64,000 bases of DNA from an uncultured Candidatus Saccharibacteria bacterium. Lineage in GTDB: Bacteria; Patescibacteriota; Minisyncoccia; Minisyncoccales; Staskawiczbacteraceae. The DNA lies in assembly GCA_964397155.1 (NCBI GenBank), contig CAYNHB010000001.1:2093-66092 (forward strand), written 5' to 3'. The notes below the pieces were generated by a model. It did not search any database, was not told the origin of the DNA, and saw nothing but the letters and a program-made list of their open reading frames with translations. The position numbers and the translations under genes are program-made. Positions 8,019 to 15,916 of the stretch are shown in pieces (within the stretch, counting starts at the first letter, position 1; each line of letters begins with the position of its first letter).

Positions 8019-9952
8019 ACATATATTTTGCTGATTTAGTATACAAAACCAATAAGACAAACTTTTTTGTACCCTTGAACATAGGATATGTTGCAGCTTT
8101 TCTAAAAGAGAGGTTTAGAGAAGATGTTAACATTAAGCTTTTTAAATATCCGGATGTTCTTGAAAAAGCTCTAGTTGAAAACCCTCCTGATATTTTGGCT
8201 TTGAGCTATTACAACTGGAATGCCAGGTTAAGCCTTCTTTTTCTGGATATGGTTAAACGATTAAACTCGAAGACATTAACAGTTATGGGTGGGCCGAACA
8301 TCAGAACTGATCCAGACAGCCTTAAAAAATTTTTTGCCAGTCACACCAATCTTGATTATTATATAACCAACGACGGCCCGGAGCCTTTTTCCAAACTTAT
8401 TGGTGAAATTTTAGCAGGGCGCCCCAATCCCGATCCTTTGTCTTTGGCTGCTGAACCCTTTGATGCAAAAAGCATGGAAATAAACCACCCCAGCCCTTAT
8501 CTTACAGGATTGTTGGATGAGTTTTTGGCTGACCCTGATATAAACATTCTTTTGGAAACTAACAGGGGGTGTCCTTTTAGGTGCGCTTATTGCGCTTGGG
8601 GAGGGATGCTCCCTAAAATAAGAACAAGGCCCCTTGAGCAGGTTTTAAAAGAAATTGAGTATATAGCTGAAAAATCAGCAAGTCAGCCCACTTGGATATT
8701 CTGCGATAGTAATTTTGGGATTTTACCCAGAGATTTGGAAATTGCAAAAAAGGTGCGGGAAGTAATGGATAAAAAAGGGTACCCTAAAGATGTGATTATT
8801 TGGCAGTCAAAAAACACGCCGGCAAGAAACATAAAAATTGGCGAACTTTTAGGGAAAAATAACAGGGTATTAATTGCCATACAGTCAGCAGACCCCAAGG
8901 TTCTTGATATTATCGGCCGGGGAAACATAAAAATGAGCAGCATAAAAGAAGAAGTAGATTATTACCACAAAAAAAACCTTAAACTGGGAACGGATATTTT
9001 GGTAGGATTGCCCGGCGAGAGCAAAGACAGCCACTGCAATACTTTGGCAGCTGCTTTTGATATGGGATTTGATTATATTGCCCCACTTAATATTATGCTT
9101 TTACAGGGCACAAGGTATGAAAGCGATGAGTATCGCCAAAAATATGGAGTTAAAACCAAATACAGGCCGATTTTCGGCGCTTACGGCACATATGATAATA
9201 AAAAAGTATTTGAAATAGAAGAGTCGGTCAGGGCCACAAAAGATATGCCAGAACAAGAAATGAATAATCTTAAAATTCACCACTGGCTTATTTTCCTTAC
9301 TTGGAATTATGGTGTTTTCAAACCCATTTTGATGCTGGGCAAAAAACAAGGAATTAACCCTGAAACCGTTATAAAAGAGCTCTCTCAAACCCAAAACCCT
9401 GTGTTAAAAGATTTTTTTGACCGTTTTAAAAAACAATCTATGGAAGAATGGTTCAAAACTAAAGAAGAAATGATTTCTTTTTACGAACGGCCTGAAAATT
9501 TTAGCAATTTAGTCAAGGGTTTTGTAAAATTAAACCTTTTTTATGTGGCATGGGCTTTTCAGAACCCTGAAGTTCTCAATGCTTTAAAAAAAGAAATGGA
9601 AGCTATTGTTGTTGAAAAACTTAAAGAAAACAATGTTTTTGATCTGACTATTATAAAAGGAGTGGCTGAGCTTTCAGACCTTTTTGTCTGCAAAAATTTT
9701 TTGGAAGGCGAAAGGCAAATAACTGTAAAATATCCAGGCCAAGTTGTTTCAGTTGCGATTGATGATGCAAAATTCGCCGATAAAGATACTGTTGAATTAG
9801 AAATTTATCGGCCCCAGGAGTTTGTTGAACTTTGCAGGGCGCACCTGTGCCCGGACGGAAAGGAAAATTTATCTTTAGAAAATATCGCCAAGTTTTTAGA
9901 AATAGGAGGCGCCAGTACGCTTAAAAATAAGGTAATTGTAAAAAATCTTTAA
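8009..9952 (+). CDS. Cobalamin-dependent radical SAM protein (tandem copy A)
   Basis: PLNIGYVAA, MGGPN, NRGCPFRCAYC, DSNFG, GLPGES. Confidence 0.9.
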   Translation: MAINIYFADLVYKTNKTNFFVPLNIGYVAAFLKERFREDVNIKLFKYPDVLEKALVENPPDILALSYYNWNARLSLLFLDMVKRLNSKTLTVMGGPNIRTDPDSLKKFFASHTNLDYYITNDGPEPFSKLIGEILAGRPNPDPLSLAAEPFDAKSMEINHPSPYLTGLLDEFLADPDINILLETNRGCPFRCAYCAWGGMLPKIRTRPLEQVLKEIEYIAEKSASQPTWIFCDSNFGILPRDLEIAKKVREVMDKKGYPKDVIIWQSKNTPARNIKIGELLGKNNRVLIAIQSADPKVLDIIGRGNIKMSSIKEEVDYYHKKNLKLGTDILVGLPGESKDSHCNTLAAAFDMGFDYIAPLNIMLLQGTRYESDEYRQKYGVKTKYRPIFGAYGTYDNKKVFEIEESVRATKDMPEQEMNNLKIHHWLIFLTWNYGVFKPILMLGKKQGINPETVIKELSQTQNPVLKDFFDRFKKQSMEEWFKTKEEMISFYERPENFSNLVKGFVKLNLFYVAWAFQNPEVLNALKKEMEAIVVEKLKENNVFDLTIIKGVAELSDLFVCKNFLEGERQITVKYPGQVVSVAIDDAKFADKDTVELEIYRPQEFVELCRAHLCPDGKENLSLENIAKFLEIGGASTLKNKVIVKNL

Positions 9953-9953
9953 C

Positions 9954-11921
9954 ATGGCTTTAAATATATATCTTGCTGACCTCGTATATAATACTATTAA
10001 AACAAATTATGTAGTGCCCTTAAATATAGGGTATGTTGCAGCTTTTCTAAAAGAAAAGTTTGGAGAAGATGTTAACATTAAGCTTTTTAAATACCCGGAT
10101 GTTCTTGAAAAAGCTCTAGTTGAAAACCCTCCTGATATTTTGGCTTTGAGCCATTACAGTTGGAATGAAAGGCTTGATTTCCTTTTTTTGGATATGGCCA
10201 AGCGCCTGAACCCCAAAATCTTAACAGCAATGGGCGGGCCGAACATCAGGACCGGCCCAGAAGACCTTAAAAAGTTTTTTACTAATCACCCAAACCTTGA
10301 TTACTGCGTAGTAAACGAAGGAGAGGAGTCTTTTGCCAGAATTGTAGATGAAATTCTGAAAGGATCTGCCAAACCGCATCCTATGGGTTCTGCTACTATT
10401 ATTAATGGAGAGTTTTTTTATACTCCCGAGCCCTTGGATGAAAGGGGTATGGAAATAAACCAGCCCAGCCCATATCTTACAGGATGGCTGGATGAATTTT
10501 TAGCTGACTCTAATATAATTCCCCTTTTAGAAACCAACAGAGGTTGTCCATTCCGTTGTGTTTATTGCGCTTGGGGAGCTATGCTTTCAAGAATGAGAAT
10601 AAGGCCTCTTGGCCAGGTTTTTAAAGAAATTGAATATATAGCTGAAAAATCAGCAGGTCAGCCTACTTGGATATTCTGCGACAGCAATTTCGGGATTTTT
10701 CCAAGAGATGTGGAAATTGCCAAAAAGGTGAGGGAAGTAATGGATAAAAAGGGATTTCCCATGAATGTAACTGTCTGGCAGTCAAAGAATACGCCAGAAA
10801 GAAACATAGAAATATCTGAACTTTTAGGAAAGAACAACAGAGGGTTAATTGCCATACAATCAGCAGACCCCAAGGTTCTTGAGAATATTGGCCGAGGAGC
10901 TATAAAAATGAGCAGTATAAAGCAACAAATTGATTATTATCATAAAAAGAACCTTGAAACAGTAACAGAAATGATGATAGGATTGCCTGGCGAGAGCGCC
11001 AAGAGCCAATATAATACTCTTATATCTGCTTTTGATATGGGATTTGATTTTATTGAACCATTTAACATCAGGCTTTTACAAGGCACAAGGTATGAAAGCG
11101 ATGAGTACCGCCAAAAATATGAAGTTAAAACTAAATACAGGCCTATTTTTGGAGCTTATGGCGTTTATGATAATAAAAAAGTATTTGAGATAGAAGAATC
11201 GGTCAGAGCCACAAAAGATATGTCAGAGAAAGAGTTAAACGACCTTAAAATTCACCACTGGCTTATTTTTTTCACTTGGAATACCGGTATATCCAAGCCC
11301 ATTTTAATGTTGGGCAAAAAACAAGGGATTAATCCTGAAATTGTTATAGACGAGCTTTCTCGAACTCAAAACCCTACGCTAAAAAATCTTTTTGACCGCA
11401 TAAAAGAAGAATCTATGAAAGAATGGTTTGAAACCAAAGAAGAAATGATTTCTTTTTATGAAAAGCCCGAGAATTTTGACAAGCTGGTTAATAATTTTAT
11501 GAAATTGAACTTTTTTTACATCGCGCTAGTGTATCAGAATCCAGAGATTCTTAAAGCTTTGCAAAAAGAGATGGAAATTATTGTAGCTGAAAAGCTTAAG
11601 CTGAAAAATATTTTTAGCCAAGTTGCTATGAATAGCGTAGTTGAGCTTTCAAACCTTTTAATCTGCAAAAATCTTTTAGAAGATGAGAAGCGGATAACCA
11701 TGAAATATCCAGGCGAGATTGCTTCAATTGTAACTAATGACTTAAAACTTGCCGGCAAAGACGTTGTTGAATTAGAGATTTACCGCCCTAAGGAATTTGT
11801 TTCTTTTTGCCAATTTCATTTAAACCCTGGTGGCAAGGAAAATTTATCTTTGAGAAACATTACCAAATTTTTAGAAGTAGGAGGCCTAAACATGCTTAAA
11901 AACAGGATAAGAGTGTTATGA
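9954..11921 (+). CDS. Cobalamin-dependent radical SAM protein (tandem copy B)
   Basis: PLNIGYVAA, MGGPN, NEGE, NRGCPFRCVYC, DSNFG; collinear with 8009-9952. Confidence 0.9.
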   Translation: MALNIYLADLVYNTIKTNYVVPLNIGYVAAFLKEKFGEDVNIKLFKYPDVLEKALVENPPDILALSHYSWNERLDFLFLDMAKRLNPKILTAMGGPNIRTGPEDLKKFFTNHPNLDYCVVNEGEESFARIVDEILKGSAKPHPMGSATIINGEFFYTPEPLDERGMEINQPSPYLTGWLDEFLADSNIIPLLETNRGCPFRCVYCAWGAMLSRMRIRPLGQVFKEIEYIAEKSAGQPTWIFCDSNFGIFPRDVEIAKKVREVMDKKGFPMNVTVWQSKNTPERNIEISELLGKNNRGLIAIQSADPKVLENIGRGAIKMSSIKQQIDYYHKKNLETVTEMMIGLPGESAKSQYNTLISAFDMGFDFIEPFNIRLLQGTRYESDEYRQKYEVKTKYRPIFGAYGVYDNKKVFEIEESVRATKDMSEKELNDLKIHHWLIFFTWNTGISKPILMLGKKQGINPEIVIDELSRTQNPTLKNLFDRIKEESMKEWFETKEEMISFYEKPENFDKLVNNFMKLNFFYIALVYQNPEILKALQKEMEIIVAEKLKLKNIFSQVAMNSVVELSNLLICKNLLEDEKRITMKYPGEIASIVTNDLKLAGKDVVELEIYRPKEFVSFCQFHLNPGGKENLSLRNITKFLEVGGLNMLKNRIRVL

Positions 11922-11933
11922 GGCCAAAAGCTA

Positions 11934-11962
11934 TTGACAGCTTTTTAAAAAAAAGATAAAGT
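11934..11962 (+). promoter_or_regulatory. Sigma70-type promoter upstream of the riboswitch
   Basis: TTGACA (11934-11939), 17 nt, TAAAGT (11957-11962). Confidence 0.6.
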
Positions 11963-11964
11963 GC

Positions 11965-12075
11965 ATAAATAAATGGGAAACACCGGTGATTCCGCTTTGG
12001 CGGAAAATTCCGGGGCTGTGCCGCAACTGTAAAGCCAGAACACCATTATCATTAAAATCCCTTCGAGCAAAGGGC
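11965..12075 (+). ncRNA. Cobalamin riboswitch, compact class-II-like
   Basis: GGGAA..CCGGTGA[insert]AATTCCGG..GCTGTGCCGCAACTGT-AAAGCCAGAACACC matches the B12-element core and B12 box. Downstream CCCTT-CGAGCA-AAGGG hairpin is P13-like. It precedes B12-uptake-type genes. Confidence 0.88.
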
Positions 12076-12107
12076 AATATGAACCGCGTTTTTGCGAATC
12101 TATTGTC

Positions 12108-12136
12108 TCCCACTTGAAGGTGGGATTTGTGTTTTT
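12108..12136 (+). promoter_or_regulatory. Riboswitch expression platform (terminator or start-sequestering hairpin)
   Basis: TCCCAC-TTGAAG-GTGGGA followed by TTTGTGTTTTT, which overlaps the probable GTG start at 12129. Confidence 0.55.
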
Positions 12137-13925
12137 AAATAAGAAAATTATTTTGTCTGTCCTGCTTTTGGCAGGAATAATAGGCACCATAAAGGTAATA
12201 GGCGCTGAAAATCAGAAAGCAGTAGATTATATATCAGCAAAGCCACAAAACGCCTGGATAACCATGGCTTTGGCTTCAGCCGGACAAGGCAATATACCTT
12301 CAGAGCATCTCAAAAATATTACCGGCAACAACACTAATGATTACAGCTCTGCTATTTTAGCCATTACTGCCATGAATGAAGACCCAAGAACTTTTGGAGG
12401 AAGCGATTATGTGGCAAAGTTGGAAAGCTTTTGGGATGGCTCGCAGTTAGGCGACTCAAGCTTATTAAATGATGATATCTTCGGGCTTCTGGCTCTAATT
12501 TCAGCTGGAGAACCTTCTTTAAATCCTATTGTTGAGGGAGCAAAAAATTATATTATTTCTGAACAGAACCCAGATGGGGGCTGGGGGTGGTCTCCGTCGG
12601 CTGAATCTGACTCTAATATGACATCAGCCTCAATTATGGCTCTAATTTCAGCTGGCGTTTCTGCTTTTGACCCTGTAATTGAAAAAGCTTCTGATTTTTT
12701 GAAAACAATGCAAAATGATGACGGCGGTTTTAAATATGATTCTTCAGAATGGAGCTTAGTTTCAGATTCTGCTTCTGACTCTTGGGCGATTTCAGCTATT
12801 TATGCAATGGGGCAGAATCCATCTGAGTGGGTTAAAGAAGCTTCAAATCCTTTGAATCATTTGGAATCTTTGCAAGATGAAGCCGGATTTTTTCATCATC
12901 AGTTAGGAGATCAAGAAACTTCTTTTACCCCCACAGAAACAGCTTATGCAATAATTGCTTTAGAAGGGAAATTTTTCCCCTTGAACATTGTTCAGCCAAC
13001 AGAGGTTTTTTCATTTCGCATTGAAGGAAGCAGCGAAGTTATCTGCCAAGGGAGTGTGGCTGGCCCTACTGCCATGGATGTTGTGAAAAATGCAGCAGTT
13101 ATTTGCGATTTTGATTATGATATTGAAGAAACTCAATTCGGGCCATATCTTACTGCTATAGGGAGCGATGCGGCTTCAGGCAGCGCAGGATGGCTTTATT
13201 TGGTGGATTTTGTGTCTCCTCCTGTTGGGGCTGCAGATTATAACTTAAGTCAGGGAGATGAAGTGCTGTGGTATTTTGGGGAGTTTGGCTTAAAGCCGAT
13301 TAAGCTCGAAATGAATAATGACGGCTCAACAGCATTATTGCACGTCAGTTTTTTTGACAATTCATCTTGGCAGGATTTATCGGGAGCTGCAATTTATGTC
13401 GGGGGTTCTGATTTTATTACAGATTCTTCAGGAGAGGCTTCTGTTAGTATTGCTTCTTTAGTAGATGGCTTGTATCAAATATTTGCAGAAAAGCAAGAGT
13501 ATATAAGAAGCAATAAAATTATCCTTACGGTAGGCGAGGCGCCAAGCGGCCATCAGGTTGGATTAAGCGTTAATATTGCCCGAACCCAGCCTCTGCCAAA
13601 AGACGACCAAAACAGCATAGCTTTTTCAGTTAACCCGTCTGATGTAAACTTTGGCGAGATGAAAGCCGGCAGTTCAAAAAGCAAAGTTTTGAGCTTGTCA
13701 AATGATGGTTCTCAAAATATCAATGTTAATGCCCAAGTGGCCGGAGCTGATGTTTTTAGATCGAACATTTCAATCAATGGAAATATTTGGAATGATTTTT
13801 CTGCCTTTGTTTTGAAAAACGATTCTTTAGACATACAGCTTGGGCTTTCTGTTCCGGATGATTACTCCGGGGCATTTGGTCAGCAGGAAGGAGGGCTGAC
13901 ATTCTGGGCCACAACACAACAATGA
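12129..13925 (+). CDS. Secreted transcobalamin-like protein: prenyltransferase-repeat alpha barrel + DUF4430 + Ig/WxL-like domains
   Basis: Signal peptide; QNPDGGWG/QNDDGGF repeats; GPYLTAIG...GWLYLVD..SPPVGAADY...GDEVLWYF (DUF4430). Start uncertain (12114-12129). Confidence 0.75.
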   Translation: MFLNKKIILSVLLLAGIIGTIKVIGAENQKAVDYISAKPQNAWITMALASAGQGNIPSEHLKNITGNNTNDYSSAILAITAMNEDPRTFGGSDYVAKLESFWDGSQLGDSSLLNDDIFGLLALISAGEPSLNPIVEGAKNYIISEQNPDGGWGWSPSAESDSNMTSASIMALISAGVSAFDPVIEKASDFLKTMQNDDGGFKYDSSEWSLVSDSASDSWAISAIYAMGQNPSEWVKEASNPLNHLESLQDEAGFFHHQLGDQETSFTPTETAYAIIALEGKFFPLNIVQPTEVFSFRIEGSSEVICQGSVAGPTAMDVVKNAAVICDFDYDIEETQFGPYLTAIGSDAASGSAGWLYLVDFVSPPVGAADYNLSQGDEVLWYFGEFGLKPIKLEMNNDGSTALLHVSFFDNSSWQDLSGAAIYVGGSDFITDSSGEASVSIASLVDGLYQIFAEKQEYIRSNKIILTVGEAPSGHQVGLSVNIARTQPLPKDDQNSIAFSVNPSDVNFGEMKAGSSKSKVLSLSNDGSQNINVNAQVAGADVFRSNISINGNIWNDFSAFVLKNDSLDIQLGLSVPDDYSGAFGQQEGGLTFWATTQQ

Positions 13926-14461
13926 GGTTAAAACATAAAATTATTTTATTATTTTTGGGGCTTTTTTTGGCAGCAACTGTTGACGCCTCTGCTCTAAAAG
14001 TTACGCCTTCTTCTTTGGATTTTGATTTTGCTATTGGAAAAACAGAAGAAAAAATTGTAACAGTGGAAAATCCTTCAAGCAATGTAGCGCTTTTTGAAGC
14101 TTATCCAGATGATTTTCTTGATGAGATAAAGGTTGATCCTGCAAGTTTTACCTTAAATCCGGGAGAAAAAATGGTGGTATCTGTTCTGGCTGATTTTAAG
14201 GAAGAGGGAGTTTATGTTACAGCTCTTTCTGTGGTTTCAAAGCCATTGTCTCAAAGAGAGTTTAGCGCCAACGCAGGAGTAAAAATTCCTATGGAAATTA
14301 AAGTTGCAGAAAAAAAATCTGATTTTTGGTTGGCTTCTTTATCAGAAAGTTTTGGAAAACTATTTGAAAATCAGCGCGATTTAGTTTATATTTTAAGTAT
14401 AATAACCCTTTTAGTTTTATTGTTGCTTTTAATAAGAAGGAATAAAACTGCAAAAATATGA
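13922..14461 (+). CDS. Secreted Ig-like protein with C-terminal membrane anchor (DUF916-like)
   Basis: Signal peptide; VTPSSLDF...IVTVENPS...VDPASFTLNPGE beta pattern; C-terminal TM plus basic tail. Confidence 0.6.
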   Translation: MRLKHKIILLFLGLFLAATVDASALKVTPSSLDFDFAIGKTEEKIVTVENPSSNVALFEAYPDDFLDEIKVDPASFTLNPGEKMVVSVLADFKEEGVYVTALSVVSKPLSQREFSANAGVKIPMEIKVAEKKSDFWLASLSESFGKLFENQRDLVYILSIITLLVLLLLLIRRNKTAKI

Positions 14462-14886
14462 CAAAAAATACTTATATTATTATAATCGGGCTGATAGTTA
14501 TTGTTATTTTTGGAAGCTGGCTGGCTTTGTCTAATAATAATTCTGATACTGATAATGTTGTTTTAGAAACAGCAGAGAAACAGGCAACATTAGCCATTGA
14601 TTATGGAGACAGGGAGCCGGAAATTTTTCAGATTGATTTCGCCGAAGGCACAACAGTTTTTGACGCCCTGAAAAACAAAGCAGAAGAGCTGGGTCTGAAT
14701 TTAAAAACCAAAACTTACGAAGGCATGGGTGTCTTTATTGAAGCAATTGGAGATAAAGAAAATGGACAGGATGGAAAATATTGGCTATACTATGTTAACG
14801 GGGAAATGCCCATGGAATCTGCCGACAAAATGATTATAGAGCTTGGAGACAAAATTGAATTTAAATTTGAAAAGTCATCTTTTTAA
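14458..14886 (+). CDS. Membrane-anchored DUF4430 (transcobalamin C-terminal-like) protein
   Basis: N-terminal TM; GTTVFDAL, GVFIEAIG, YWLYYVNGEMPMESAD...GDKIEF. Confidence 0.85.
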   Translation: MTKNTYIIIIGLIVIVIFGSWLALSNNNSDTDNVVLETAEKQATLAIDYGDREPEIFQIDFAEGTTVFDALKNKAEELGLNLKTKTYEGMGVFIEAIGDKENGQDGKYWLYYVNGEMPMESADKMIIELGDKIEFKFEKSSF

Positions 14887-14910
14887 TATTAAATAATAAA
14901 AAATAAATTT

Positions 14911-15474
14911 ATGGAAATTTCTAAAAAAGGAAAAATTGTAAGCATTATTGTTGTTTTGTTTATTGTTTTAGCCGGAATCAGTTTAAGGCTTATTCCTCAT
15001 GCTCCTAATTTTACGCCAATAGCTGCTATTGCTTTGTTTAGCGGAGTTTATTTTTCTAAAAGAATAGCCCTTATTCTGCCGATTGGAGCTATGGCAATTT
15101 CAGATATATTCATTGGTTTTTATGAGCCAAAGCTAATGATTGCTGTCTACGCAAGTTTTCTTTTATTTACTATTATAGGTTTTTGGCTGAAAAAACATAA
15201 GAGCTGGTATTTGATAGGTGGGAGCGCAATTCTATCTGCTGTTTTATTTTTTCTTATTACTAATTTTGCTGTTTTTGCTTTTTCTCCATGGTATGCCAAA
15301 ACTTTTTCAGGTTTGATTCAATGCTATGTGCTGGCCCTGCCATTTTTCAAAAATACCCTGCTGGGAAATCTGTTCTACACAGGTGTATTTTTTGGAGCAT
15401 ATGAATTATCAAGGGTTTGGATAAAAAGCAAGTTTGGGGTGAAATCAAAAACCCTTGCTTCAGCTAAAATCTAA
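14911..15474 (+). CDS. DUF6580-family ECF S-component-like transporter (BtuM-like, probable cobalamin uptake)
   Basis: About 6 TM; RLIPHAPNFTPIAAIALFSG, ISD, FFLITNF...WY..T..GL..CY..ALPF; last gene of the riboswitch operon. Confidence 0.75.
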   Translation: MEISKKGKIVSIIVVLFIVLAGISLRLIPHAPNFTPIAAIALFSGVYFSKRIALILPIGAMAISDIFIGFYEPKLMIAVYASFLLFTIIGFWLKKHKSWYLIGGSAILSAVLFFLITNFAVFAFSPWYAKTFSGLIQCYVLALPFFKNTLLGNLFYTGVFFGAYELSRVWIKSKFGVKSKTLASAKI

Positions 15475-15504
15475 ATAATCGAACCCCGTCTTAATCTTAA
15501 AAAT

Positions 15505-15540
15505 AAACCGCTCACACGCCCGTGTGAGCGGTTTGGCTTT
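15505..15540 (+). terminator. Hairpin ending the B12-uptake operon
   Basis: AAACCGCTCACACG-CC-CGTGTGAGCGGTTT perfect inverted repeat. Confidence 0.65.
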
Positions 15541-15563
15541 GCAAAGCTTGGCTTTGCAATGTT

Positions 15564-15612
15564 TTGATACCCCCTGACCCCCCTTGACACCCCTTCTTGA
15601 GGGGTTTAATAT
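15564..15612 (+). promoter_or_regulatory. Promoter with three 10-bp-phased direct repeats and an inverted repeat (probable operator)
   Basis: TTGATACCCC / CTGACCCCCC / TTGACACCCC at 15564, 15574, 15584. TTGACA (15584), 17 nt, TAATAT (15607). ACCCCT..AGGGGT palindrome in the spacer. Confidence 0.65.
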
Positions 15613-15620
15613 GGAAAAAT

Positions 15621-15869
15621 ATGATAAACGAGATTAAACCCAACCAAATTTATACCCCAAAAGAGGCGCGGGATTTTTTGAAGATTTCTGAAAGCACAAT
15701 GAAAAGAATGATAAAAAGCGGGATAATAGAGGCCTATAAGGTTTCGGGCCAGTACAGAATTTGGGGGGCTGAAATATTAAAGCTGCTTTCTCCTGAATTG
15801 GGTTCTGGAATATACAGAGTTTATAAAAATATCAGGGAAAAAACAAAGGAAACTATCAAAAAATGGTAG
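15621..15869 (+). CDS. Xis/BldC-like HTH_17 DNA-binding protein
   Basis: YTPKEARDFLKISESTMKRMIKSGIIEAYKVSGQYRI; ATG at 15621 preferred over TTG at 15597. Confidence 0.85.
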   Translation: MINEIKPNQIYTPKEARDFLKISESTMKRMIKSGIIEAYKVSGQYRIWGAEILKLLSPELGSGIYRVYKNIREKTKETIKKW

Positions 15870-15916
15870 TTTTTTACGTATTAATATAAGTTAAAATATT
15901 ATTAACATTTCTTAAT

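Noticed and set aside
12079-12117. 12-codon upstream ORF (MNRVFANLLSPT) as a leader peptide
   Set aside because: It has no distinctive codon content, and the riboswitch already explains the region.
12129-13925. Squalene-hopene cyclase or prenyltransferase enzyme
   Set aside because: The signal peptide, single barrel, DUF4430 fusion and cobalamin riboswitch argue for a binding protein; the NDDIF segment is not a convincing DxDD motif.
15621-15869. Prophage or integrative element suggested by the excisionase-like gene
   Set aside because: No integrase, att-like repeat or phage genes in the window.
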